Part shown: one piece after another, positions 29,879 to 41,143 of the stretch | How the letters are laid out: each line of letters starts with the position of its first letter | How positions within the stretch are numbered: position 1 is the stretch's first letter | DNA from: Neoconidiobolus thromboides FSU 785 | Taxonomy: Eukaryota > Fungi > Entomophthoromycota | Reading direction: 5' to 3' | DNA length: 64,000 bases | Assembly (NCBI GenBank): GCA_025603075.1 | Contig: MU626261.1 | Coordinates: 186,001-250,000, forward strand | Program-made: the position numbers and the translations under genes | Notes under the pieces: model-generated | Seen by the model: the letters and a program-made list of their open reading frames with translations, nothing else | What the model was told of the DNA's origin: nothing | Databases searched by the model: none

Positions 29879-31981
29879 CTACTTATTCATCTTCTTTACT
29901 ATCTTTATCTTTATCTTTTTCATCACTTTTACTTTTGTTTTTGCTCTTTTCTTTTTCAGTCTTTTCTTTTTCCAATTTGTTTTTTTTATAAAGTTGATTA
30001 TATTGATCTTTTGAGATAATACCATCTTCTTTGAATTTTCGACGTAATCCTTTAACTCTATCTTTTCTAACACTCTTTTTTCTACCTCCTTCACGATAAC
30101 TAAAAATAATATATAATTAATAAATATTTATATATAATATTTGTATATATTCTTGAACTTACGGTGCTAATTCTCTCAATGGAACAATTTGATTTAAATC
30201 TTTTTCTTCAGCTAATAAAATATCTACTGGTTCTAAACCACCTGAAAATTTATCTACTTTACGATATTTAAATCTTGTTTCAAGATCATCAATCTAAAAA
30301 AATATATAATTATCAATACTTCATTATTTTTATATCTATATACAAATTGAACTTACTTTGTCTTCATAGTCCATTTTATACAATTCTCCTAATAATTTCA
30401 TAGCTTCTTGTTTCACTTTTTCGACTTCTTCAGGCGTTTGTTGAGCTTCGAGATCTCCAATATCTATATCATCGTCAAATACTGGTTTTTCATTATCACT
30501 CTATTAAAATGAGATATTATTATTATTATTATTATTATTATTAGATAAAAGTAATTTGAATTACCTCTCCAGCTTGATAATAATCATCATTAAATTTATT
30601 AGTAAATTTACTATCATAAGTATTAGGATCAAAGTCCACATCTAATTCCTTTTCTAAAGTATTAATATCAATAGTAGGATCTTTAGTAACTTTTTTAAGT
30701 TCTTCGATTGTATTTTTAATTTCTGTCATTTTGATGTTCTTTTGTCTTCTAACTTCTTCTTCTTCCTTCTTTTTCTCCAATTCTTTACGTTCTTTCTTTC
30801 TTTCTCTTTGTTTCTTTTTCTTTGATACTTTAGTTCTCAATGAAGTTTCCACATTTCTTGGAAATGAAACAAGTTGATGTGCGTTTGGTTCTTCATATCG
30901 AAAATTATATTCTTGTTCAAAAGTTTCTGCTTTTTCAATTTCTTCTTCACTTTCAATTTCTCCAACTACTTCTTTATAACTAGGTGTTTTTCCTACATTT
31001 TTGTCGATCCAACCTCGGTTTAATATATAACTAGTAATAATTTAATATTTTATTTTGATGTATAAATTAAATTAAACTCTTACTCCATTAAAAATGCATC
31101 ATCTTTATTGATTGACGGATTATTTTTAAAATTAGCCCATTGGTCATATACTTTTTTAGATGTATCAACTTTGGACATTTCTTCCAATAAAAAATTTTTA
31201 TAATCTTCTTCTTCTGCATTTTCTTCATCTCGGGTTTTATTTCGTGTTGTAAAAAATTCGTCTTCATCTTCACCTAAATCATTATTATCGATAGCAGACT
31301 AATTAAATTATTATTAACGTTCAAACAATTATTTATACAAATATACCTTTAATTCATTTTTAAGTTTTTCTTGTTCTTCATGATGAGTTAAAACTTTATT
31401 TTCTTCACGAGCTTCTTCGTCCTCTACATCATCTACAATATGTTCTCCTTTATTTAGTTTATCTCTTTTTAACCCACCTAAAGTTATCACCTGTTCCTTA
31501 TTAAGCTCAAGTTCCTCTTTTTTCTTCTTAGCCTTCAAAGCGGCTTCTTCAATAAGTTTATTATCAAATAAAACCTTTTCTTTATCATAAACAGATTCAT
31601 CTTTAGCTTTTAATAATACAAATGTTTTTAGTAATTGAGAATCGACTTCCTTTGTGATCAATTCTCCTTGTTCATCCTCTTCTTCTTCACTAGTATCAAA
31701 ATAAGCTTCACTATCATCAACATATATATTAACTCCTTCTTCTTCATCATATTCTTTATCGACACCGAATTTACGCTTCCTTTCTAAGATCTTTTCCGCT
31801 TTTTCATCACTGATTTCTTGACCTCGAAATTGACTTTTAACTAAATAAATGATTAATAAAGTTCTTGTGAATATTAAAAATTCCACTTACTTTTTAATAG
31901 ATCTTCATTTTGTTTTCGCTTTTGATATTCATGAGCAAAGTTTTCATTGATATTGATGGACAAATCTTCACTATCTGACAT
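29879..31981 (-). CDS. KRI1: KRI1-like 40S biogenesis protein, multi-exon
   Basis: MSDSEDLSININENFAHEYQKRKQNEDLL, VDSQLLKTFVLLKAKDESVY, FLMEYILNRGWID, EQEYNFRYEEP, FKYRKVDKF, EPVDILLAEEKDLNQIVPLREL. Confidence 0.88.
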
Positions 31982-32496
31982 ATTGCTTGATTCTTGTTAA
32001 AAAAGTAATTACTAAAACTTGATTATTTTGGGTATTTTATTCGAAAAAAACCACCCAAAGAATAAAAAGTGAATGTGAAACCAAAAATTGAATGTATATA
32101 AGCTCTTTTCGTTAGAGTTAATATCGATATTTAACCTTTCCTATTATACTTAAATTAACTTATATCTATAAAGAAGTTCTTAAAGTATAGTAATTGGTAT
32201 TAAAAACTAATAGAAGAATATGAGTTATAACATTAATTCACCATTTAATATTCATTTAAATGCTTCAAAATATAAGATTATGGAATCTTAAATCTACTAA
32301 AGTAGATTATTAAGATTACGACAATATAATATTATTTATACCTATTGAAAGTAATAATAAAACAGTCATCACAATATAAAAAAAATCAACCACATTAAAC
32401 ATTTAAAAAATAGAAATAGAGAAAAAAATATAATTTCAAGGTAATAATTATTATTATTTTACATAAATAATTAATGATTTTTTTTAGTAGTTGTAG

Positions 32497-33087
32497 TCAA
32501 TGTTTTTTTGGATGGGGTTGTTGGGATAGGTTGAGGACTAGGAGCTTTAGGGGTGATGGGTCTTTTTAATTCAGTTAAAAGATCCAAGCCATTAGCAGTT
32601 TTAGCACCTAATAATAATTAATATTTAAAAAAATCGACTAAAAAAGAGCATGTTTTATTTTACCTTTTTTGACCCCCCAAGGTGAAGCTTTATTTCCACC
32701 ATCTTTAGTACCCCAAGCAGAAGCAGTAACTTTAGGTTTATAAATCACCGGTTTTTCTATTTTGTTTTTATTTTTATTATGTTAAGATTACTTTCATTTA
32801 TATTTAAAAAAAATTACCATTTGCTGGTCTATGGGATTCAGATACTGCAGTGAATGTAGCGGTCCAATCTAAAATTTTGAAAATTCAAAACAATTCAAAA
32901 TAAAATTTGATTAATATTACTTGTAGTTAAATAATTTTTCACTTGGTTACAGTTAAATGGCCCTTTTTCCTTATTACCATTATTAGTTAAAGTGGAATCA
33001 ATAATACCTTCAACATCTAAAGTCGGGATTAAGTCTTGAAGTTTATTACGTTGGTTATTTTTATTTACTTTGAGTATTGGATGGCAT
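32497..33087 (-). CDS. Small spliced hypothetical protein (~130 aa, 4-5 exons)
   Basis: Assembled by eye through GT-AG introns: MPSNTQNLIPTLDVEG...FNYWTATFTAVSESHRPANEKPVIYKPKVTASAWG...PWGVKKGAKTANGLDLLTELKR... The function is not recognised. Confidence 0.55.
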
Positions 33088-33459
33088 TTTAATAAAAAAT
33101 TAATTTGATTTTTGAACACATTGTTTATTTATTTTATTGGTTTAAATTCTTAAATTTATTGCAATAAAATCTAAATAATAAATTTGATAATAAGTTTTAA
33201 AATTTAAAAAAAAGCTTAATAAATAGTATAAAAACTTTAAAATAAGGTTATAATATATTATATACATTATTAATATTTTTATTAAATATAGTAACATATA
33301 GTATTGTTATACTTAGAATTATAATAGTAATATAATAAATGAGTATTTATCCAAATAATGCATTTTAATTGGTTAAAAACTCAAGCCTATTTGCTATTTT
33401 AAGTATTCTGATCTGATCTAAGCAAAAAACAAAAATCAATTCTTTAATATTTTAAAAAA

Positions 33460-33969
33460 ATGGAAGGTAAATAATAGCAAGTTTAATAATAAACCCAACT
33501 AAGGATTTAAAAGGAGATAAAAATCAATATGTAAAATTAGTATCTTCTGAAGGTTTTGAATTTATATTAAATAAGCAAGTAGCTATGGGCTCAAAGACAA
33601 TTCAAAATATGTTAAATGGACCAGGTAATTTTACAATTTATAATTTCATTGAAAATGGTTTGTTTTGACATTTCTTCTAGCTTCTTTCCTTGAAGCAAGT
33701 ACGAATAGGATTGAATTTAGAGATATTAGGTAAATGAATAAGAAGATAATATTGAAGTTATATTTATTTTTTGAATTCTAGTGGTATTATATTAGAAAAA
33801 GTAGTAGACTATTTACACTATAAAGCAAGGTATCAGTCATCACCAGGATATGATGTACCTTCTATTAAAATTGAACCTGAATTAGCAATTGAATTATTAA
33901 TGGCTTCAGACTTTTTAGATGGTAAGATTATTATTATTTAGGATTATTCCATTTATATGATTAGTTTGA
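33460..33969 (+). CDS. ELC1: Elongin C
   Basis: YVKLVSSEGFEFIL...SKTIQNMLNGP...ILEKVVDYLHYKARY...IEPELAIELLMASDFLDV*, with several short introns. Absent from the ORF track. Confidence 0.92.
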
Positions 33970-34739
33970 GTAGAAAAATTGGAAACTGAACGAAATCGTA
34001 GTTTTGACTGTTTTATGGGTATAATAAATTCAGTTTTCATACTAACTTTGAGGCTTAACATTATTAAATTTATCTAAAGATTCGACCAAATAAAGCAATA
34101 AAGAATCTTTTTTATAAAGTATAGGTAAATAAAAACATGGCTTTTTTAAACCTATCTAAACCACCTAGTGATCCTTTAAAATCAAAAACAGCCACTATAT
34201 TTTGTAAAACATCAAGATATCAAAATTATTCGATATTTTAAATCTAGTTTTAAAACAATCAAACAGATTACTAAAATCAACGTATTTGATTTTATTAAAT
34301 TAAGAACATTTTTTATTTTAGGATTCTTCTAATAAGTTTTCCACTCAAAAAATGGAAAAATAGATTAAACTGATAAAGGTATCTCCATATTTTTAATACA
34401 TTCATATCCAAAATTGGTTTTATTTTACTTTAAATCCAAATTCTATTTTTTTAATAGTAACTTTTAGTTCAAGAACTATAAGCAAGTAATTATATTAACT
34501 ATATTGATTATATTCTAATCTATTCTCGACTTATTATAATACTATTATCTTAAATTATATACTTCAAATATACTTAATATCATCAAATAATATATCAGAA
34601 AATACTAAAAGTAATACTATCTATTTTCATTAATAAAACAGCTAATAAAACCAATTGATCTCTGTTTTACAGTTACAAGATCTAATATTTTAATATACAC
34701 TCTTATAAAATTGTAAAGAGAAGTTAATATTAAACAAAA

Positions 34740-34843
34740 TATGGAGGTGTTTTTTTGACTTCATCACTTTTTCCATCTTTTAAGCACTATTTGAATACAA
34801 AAACTGTTGGTAAAATTCTTAAACACAAAAAAACATCCCCATA
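34740..34843 (-). mobile_element. MITE family 1, copy 7
   Basis: TA-TGGAGGTGTTTTTTT...AAAAAACATCCCCA-TA. Confidence 0.9.
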
Positions 34844-35111
34844 TATTAAGTAACTCTGATAGTTAGCAGGAAAATCTTTTTTATATTAAAGGAGAGACTA
34901 CCCAAGCAATGTAATGCGGGTTATAGCTTTTACTGAAACACATTAAAATTATACATAGCTTATTATGAGTGAAATCAAAAAGTTAAAGCATTAAGTTAAA
35001 ACATTTAAAAGCAGAATAAAAATACTTCATTTGAATAAATTATATAAAATATTATTTTTGTTTATACTAGATTTCGAATTAATTAAATCATTATTCATTG
35101 AAATATAAAGG

Positions 35112-35672
35112 AAAATACATCCCCATGTGTATTTTGTATTTAAGAATTTTACTGACAACTGTGAAATCTGGTACTCAGGGTTTGGAGTCAAGAACAGCTA
35201 TTGCTGGGTTAACTACACTATAAGTCGAAAGGTCTTAGTTTATGTGACTAAGATAGACTTGGATTATGAATAATAGCACGCAATAGGTTACAAGCTATAT
35301 AAGACAAATAGAATAGACAATACTAATGTAAAACCTATGTAAAATACTATTAAGAAAACTTAGTGGCTTTATTAAATGTTCGAGATATCAGGGAATAATT
35401 CAGTTAAAAAGCCTCAAACTACTATACTCTGAAAAGTATAAATATCAAAATGAGAAGATAATATTCTTTGGGATGGAGCTAGAAATTCTCATAGCAAATC
35501 AAACTAAGAACGTGGGAGTGATTTTCTCTGAACTCGAGAACACAACAGCTTAGGCGATTGTTATGCTATAATTAACCATGGGACTGACAAAGCGATATTT
35601 CACACAACCTTTCCATTCAAATAGCACTTGAAAGATGGAAAAAGTAATGAAATGAAAAAAAACATCCCCATA
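35112..35672 (+). mobile_element. MITE family 1, copy 8, split by a nested insertion; left TIR appears inverted
   Basis: The left half ...TTTAAGAATTTTACTGACAAC stops at 35159. The right half CAACCTTTCCATTCAAATAGCAC...CATCCCCA-TA resumes at 35605. Confidence 0.85.
35160..35604. mobile_element. Solo-LTR-like element (445 bp) nested in MITE copy 8
   Basis: Termini TGTGAAAT...ATTTCACA (TG..CA, 8-bp inverted repeat) with a 4-bp direct repeat CAAC on both sides (35156-35159 and 35605-35608). Internal TATATAAG at 35296. No ORF. Confidence 0.8.
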
Positions 35673-35781
35673 ATATATATTTTCAAAATAAACTTTGAAA
35701 TAAAAATAATAATGTAATATAAAATGTTAAAGCTTTTAGCTTGTGTGTTTCTTTTACACTAATTTATGTACAATATAATAA

Positions 35782-35883
35782 TATGGAGATGTATCTTTTT
35801 GTTTAAGAATTTTACTTATAACCTTTCCCTTCAAATAGTACTTAAAAAATGGAAAAACTTATGAACCCAAAAAAATACCACTA
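35782..35883 (+). mobile_element. MITE family 1, copy 9
   Basis: TA-TGGAGATGTATC...GTTTAAGAATTTTAC...CAAATAGTACTT; the right TIR is degenerate. Confidence 0.85.
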
Positions 35884-35997
35884 TATATATCTTTATGATT
35901 AAAACGTTATTCAAAGTTTCATCAATAATAGTTATAGCCTGGAAATAAGTAATTCGGTTGTTATAAAGCTTTGTAGACAATTTGATAACTATTTTTA

Positions 35998-36063
35998 TAT
36001 GGGGATGTATTTGAGTGGAAAGATTATTAGCAAAATTCTTAAACACAAAAATACATCCCCATA
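35998..36063 (-). mobile_element. MITE family 1, copy 10 (internally deleted, both TIR ends kept)
   Basis: TA-TGGGGATGT is joined directly to ATTTGAGTGGAAAG...AAAATACATCCCCA-TA. Confidence 0.85.
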
Positions 36064-36289
36064 TATTAGTTTATTTGAAGAATAATTCTATTTTATTGAT
36101 CAAAACTACCGCTTTCAAAAACTTTTAGATCTTTTCTTGTATTTTTTTTAAAGGAAAGATTGACTTTTAAATAGAGTTACTTAATAAAAAATAAGCATTT
36201 ATTAATAATAGCAATACAGTTACTATTATTAGTATCACCAATAGCTTGTTCAGATTTTAAGTCTAATAATTCTTAATAGTTAAGAACAA

Positions 36290-36374
36290 AATGGGGCTGT
36301 ATTTTTGTGTTTAAGAATTTTACTAGCAAATTTTCCACTCAAATAGTGCTTAAAATCGAAAAAACACTTGCAAA
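36290..36374 (+). mobile_element. MITE family 1, copy 11 (3' part deleted or degenerate)
   Basis: TGGGGCTGTATTTTTGTGTTTAAGAATTTTACTAGCAAATTTTCCACTCAAATAGTGCTT. Confidence 0.8.
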
Positions 36375-37460
36375 TGATATTTTCATAGAATTGCTCATTG
36401 AGATATTTTCGGTTTATAGAGCACTCAATTTTTAAAAGTTATAGTTTTTTAAATAAATCAGTTTTTAGAAAGCTTGTTTCATATTAAAAGAGATAAGAAT
36501 CAGCTGGGTAGAAGCGTGGGTATTTTGTTAAAAATGATTTATGTTAGATATAATTTTTTATTAATATTTGATATTTAGCTTAAAAGCTACGTATTATTTA
36601 AATTTAATTAAATTTTTCTATTTTTAAATTATCCAATCAATTTTGTTCCTACTATTAGTATTATTTAAATATTAAATTCAATGATTATAAACTTAAGAAA
36701 AACACTAATATTAGTCTCTTATTTGCTGGATAAAAAGGGCTTAACCCGTCTATTAAATTCCGAGAACCTTTTGAATTTCTATTGTCCTTGTAAGCAGCTA
36801 TTTATAGGTAAAAAACGAGTCTAAAAGTCGTAAGAAATAACTTGGAATAATATTAATCAAGTTTATTCTTTAATATTTTAATTAAACTTGTTAAAGGATA
36901 TTATATGACTAAAAATGCTAATTTCCCTTTAATTATTGAATGGTACATCAAGTATACTTTATGACATTATTAAAATTTTATAATTATTTAATAATAGGTT
37001 TTATAAGTTCATTTTTGAAGTTTAGCGTTTTATAATTATAAAATATTAAAATTAAAATAAATTAAAATATGTTTAAAACACTAACGTCAAAATAATGTAC
37101 ATACGCAACTTATGTTTAGTAAATGACTTTTGTCAAAAATTAGGAACTTGATATTTAATTAAACTACCTTCAAATTTGTAGTACATTTTAAAATAATTTA
37201 TCATAATAGAAGCCAAAAACATTTTCATAGCAAATGTGTAGTTTATGAATGAAACGAAAGATTTGGGTAATATGACTTAAAAATAATCGACTTTTATAAA
37301 AACATAACAAATTAATTATTTTATTTTAAAAAGCAAAACTCTAAAAATACACTTCACTTTTAAATGTATCTTTTAAAAGCACAAATTTTGGCTTGACAAG
37401 TTTAAATCTTGTAGCTCTTCCTCGTAAATCGTATTTAGTTTTTTGAAAAATCACTTTGAT

Positions 37461-38752
37461 TTAAAATAGGTTAACAGCTTGCCGACATTGATCGTCATCA
37501 AACATTATACATTGATAGCTGCCATCTGAAGATGACTCAGAATGCATAGTATATTCACAATCTGAAAAGTAGTTAACTTCTGGATCTACAATCTGTTGTG
37601 AAGGATTGGGTTCTTCAACTTCAATAGTATGGGGAATCACTGAATTAAAGATAAGAAATGAAAGAAATCATTTAAAAAGTATAACTTACCAGTAGACTTG
37701 GACCTGGATTGTATCTTTTGGTACAGTTCTTTAAAAATGGTTTTATAGCAGAATTGAAGAGACGGGTCGAAACATATAGCTAAGAAGTCTAATAGTCCAG
37801 ATAAATCTTAAATTTGTATTAATATGTTATATAAATAATATTATAGTCTTACTTTGACCAATGTTGGACCAGTTGCTTAATAATGTCTTAGAATCTACAA
37901 ATGCGAAGGAGATTTGATATATCGAAAATCCAGAAAGAACTACAAAAGTCACGATGGGGTATAATACACTATATTATATTTAATATATAACAAAATGATA
38001 GTAAAAAAATATTACACTCTTAAAGCAAGTCCCTTCAGCTCTCTTTGTAGCCATCTCATCCTCTTTCTGGACTGATTCATTTGATTGAATGTTGATTTTA
38101 CTAAAGATGTCCAATCTTTCCTCAAACGAAATAAAACAAATATAGATACGACTAAACAATATAAAAATGTTGCAATCATGATAGAAGAGTTGATAATCCC
38201 AAATGCTTTTTCATCTGGTGTACTGGATCTTAGAACACAATTCCCCTTATCTTGAACATAATAACCAAGGACTAATAAAATTAGTAATGATAGCAATTAT
38301 TTGAATTAAATTACAAATTTGTGGTATATTCAAGACTATGGCTAAAAATAAGGAAGCTGACCAATATATTATTTCCCAGCTATTGTTAGGCTCTTTTTCG
38401 TGAATGAATATCAATTGTAAGTTGATTGCGATGGAAATGTTTATAAAACAGTAAGCTAATCTAGTAAAATACCGAAAGAATCCTAGGGTAGTACATTGTG
38501 CACTGTCATCATCATATATATTTATAATGTGCAATATGAAATCAGTAGCTGCAGATCCAGTTTGAAGTCTAAGCGTAACTCTTTTAACAAGGTTGGGCTT
38601 AAGTATTCCTAATAGATTGAGTTAATGATGTTTTATATTTTAATAGACCTACTTGCTATCACAAACAATGCTAAGACTGATGAAGCGGCTATTAGACTGA
38701 CTAAATTTAAAGCATATAGGTCACTAAGGGGAATATCTGTTTCGGCACCCAT
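37461..38752 (-). CDS. 7-TM GPCR-like protein (cAMP-receptor/Git3-like), multi-exon
   Basis: Hydrophobic TM1 (LVSLIAASSVLALFVI), LVKRVTLRLQ, CTTLGFFRYFTRLAYCFINISIAINLQLIF, WEIIYWSASLFLAIVLNIPQ, LALRV...YP, and an acidic C-tail ending AVNLF*. Confidence 0.75.
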
Positions 38753-39356
38753 CTTTTGAAATAAAAATATCAAAGCAACAGTAAGTAAGAATAATGAAAA
38801 TCATAAATTTAATAGAAATTAAAGCTTGTCTAGGGATAATAGAATTCTTATTGATTGGTAGTACCCAATTATAGTATGAAACCTCGAATTTCCTTTAAGT
38901 ATAACCAATTATATCATTCTCATTGTGATTTGAAGAATTTCATATGCGGTCCATTTGAGTAAAGTCGTACTCAAAAGCCTAATCATAGCTAATTTTACTA
39001 AAATTTAAAATATGGCTATGCTACACAATAAAGACAGAACTTATATAGAAAAAAGGCTAAAGATTCTAAATAGAAATGACACTTGATAATTCTAGCCAAG
39101 CTATATTCTATAGCGGTATTTATTAAAGTAATATTATCACAACTATAAAGTATCATTTATAAATAAAATGATTTGATTATTGTAAAAAATATCTTATAAG
39201 TATTAATTTATTAGCAGTTTTTTGGAGTGTGTTAATTAAAATTTTACCCAAAAATGATTTATAATTATTCTCATGATTTAGCCATATCGTTTAAAGCTAA
39301 GCCTTTATTAGAATAAAACTTGGAATTAAAGAAAATGATTTAAATACCATAGTGTA

Positions 39357-39461
39357 TATGGGGATGTATTTTTATGTTTAAGAATTTTATTAACAAATTC
39401 TCCGCTCAAATAGCGTTTAAAAAATGGAAAAGGTGATAAAATCAAAAAGAACATCCCCATA
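39357..39461 (+). mobile_element. MITE family 1, copy 12
   Basis: TA-TGGGGATGTATTTTT...AAAAAGAACATCCCCA-TA, close to the consensus. Confidence 0.92.
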
Positions 39462-39540
39462 TAGTGTTTCCAACTCAAAATGGTACTGTTTAGTTGTAAA
39501 CCCAGGCTAAACAACACCATTTTGAGTTGGAAACACCATG
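39461..39540. repeat. Second hairpin/foldback element (21-bp perfect inverted repeat), unrelated to MITE family 1
   Basis: GTGTTTCCAACTCAAAATGGT (39464-39484) pairs with ACCATTTTGAGTTGGAAACAC (39516-39536). An inner TGTTTAG/CTAAACA pair extends the stem. Confidence 0.85.
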
Positions 39541-40156
39541 AAGTCCTATTAAATTTTTCAAAAAGGTTTTACTTTACTAAAAAAAACTCTAGGTCTTATT
39601 GGTTACAACAGTAAATATTCTTAATATCTAAAATAAGACTTCAAAATAATAGTATATTACTGTAATTTTGTATCATTATCTTTATATCTGCCTAAGAAAA
39701 TAAAGAGATTTTAGAATATCTAAATATAAACAAATACTTATAAAGTATTGTTTCGTTTTTAAATTACTTTTCATTTTAAACAATGATAGAAAGCCAACTT
39801 TAGTCTAAAAAGCAGACACATTTTCAAACCGTTTTCAATAATATTTTAAAATTATAATAATTCATGAATGTTTTTCATCAGTATGTTGTATGCATTTAAA
39901 TAAATCAATATTTAAAAATATCTACAACTGTTACGTTTAAACATTTTAGAAAAACTCAAAAAAGTAATTTTATTTATTGTAATTTTATTATCCTTGGGTA
40001 TAAGAAAAATTAATAAGATAATATTTAAAAACTATTAATGAAGGATTTTTTAATTACACCTTTAATACTATTAAAGCAAATCTTCAATAGATATTCCTCT
40101 GTTATGGAAAATAGCTTTATATTATAATTCTTAAGCTATATAAGAGTTTATTAGTA

Positions 40157-40258
40157 TACGGGAATATTTTTTGGTTTCATTACTTTTTCCATTTTTTAAG
40201 TGCTGTTTAAGTGGAAAGACTATTAGTAAAATTCTTAAACAAAAAATATATCCACATA
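40157..40258 (-). mobile_element. MITE family 1, copy 13
   Basis: TA-CGGGAATATTTTTT...AAAAATATATCCACA-TA, and the core matches the family. Confidence 0.85.
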
Positions 40259-41143
40259 TGATAACCTTAATATTAATACTGGCGCTAACTTTAGTATAAA
40301 AGTTATATTACGAGTAGAATTATGTAACTAATATTGAAATTACATTGGAGTTGGTATAAATTTAGTATCAATATTAGTGTAGTGTTATGGATAGGAATAA
40401 AGATGATAATAACAAAAATAAAATTTGTTTGAGTTATTATTTTTAACCCAAAGATAAACCTATGTTTAATGATAAACAGAATGTTCTCTATTTATTGTCT
40501 TTCGAATAAGTCTTTATAATAAAAGAAAGCCAATATTAAATATAAGCTAATAATACTTTTTCAAGTAACTTTGTTAGAGTGAATCGAATAATACTTAATA
40601 AGAGCTTCCTTGTGATTATAAACGTTTATCGATCAAGATACAACCAAGTATATCAAAGAGAATGATAGTCACTATGAACTTATATTCTTGAAATTATCGG
40701 AATATTTTTTAATCTCTATAATTCCTATTTGATTTATGAATAAACCTTATATTAATCCGCTATTAGAGTAATTTTACATCAAAATTTTAAGGGTAAAATT
40801 GAAAATACATACTATTGCAATAAAACATTGTTTTCATAAAGTGTTTTAACTAAAAGTTAAAAACCTAATGATAAAAATTGAAACCTAAAACGTTATATAG
40901 CATATATATCTAAGCTGTCACTTTTCATAATATCAAATTAAATATAAAAAAATTGTCAAGCATAATTAAAAAAATAGCACTTCATTAATATTTTATATTG
41001 AAAATTAGGCAGTAACTAAATAAAGATCAAATAAGAAAGTTGGACAGAAAATTTAAGAGATAATGGTAACTAAACACCTAATTTTATAAAAACTTATAAA
41101 AAAATAAAATGAAAAGCTTTCGATCTTTCTTCTTTAATAAATA

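Noticed and set aside
29725-30545. (AAAAT)n run at ~29727-29760 and (TAT)n run at ~30518-30542
   Set aside because: These are ordinary microsatellites in intergenic and intronic DNA.
40260-40720. Possible decayed membrane-protein fragment between MITE copy 13 and Kelch copy D
   Set aside because: Only one short hydrophobic stretch is visible, with no identifiable family motif.
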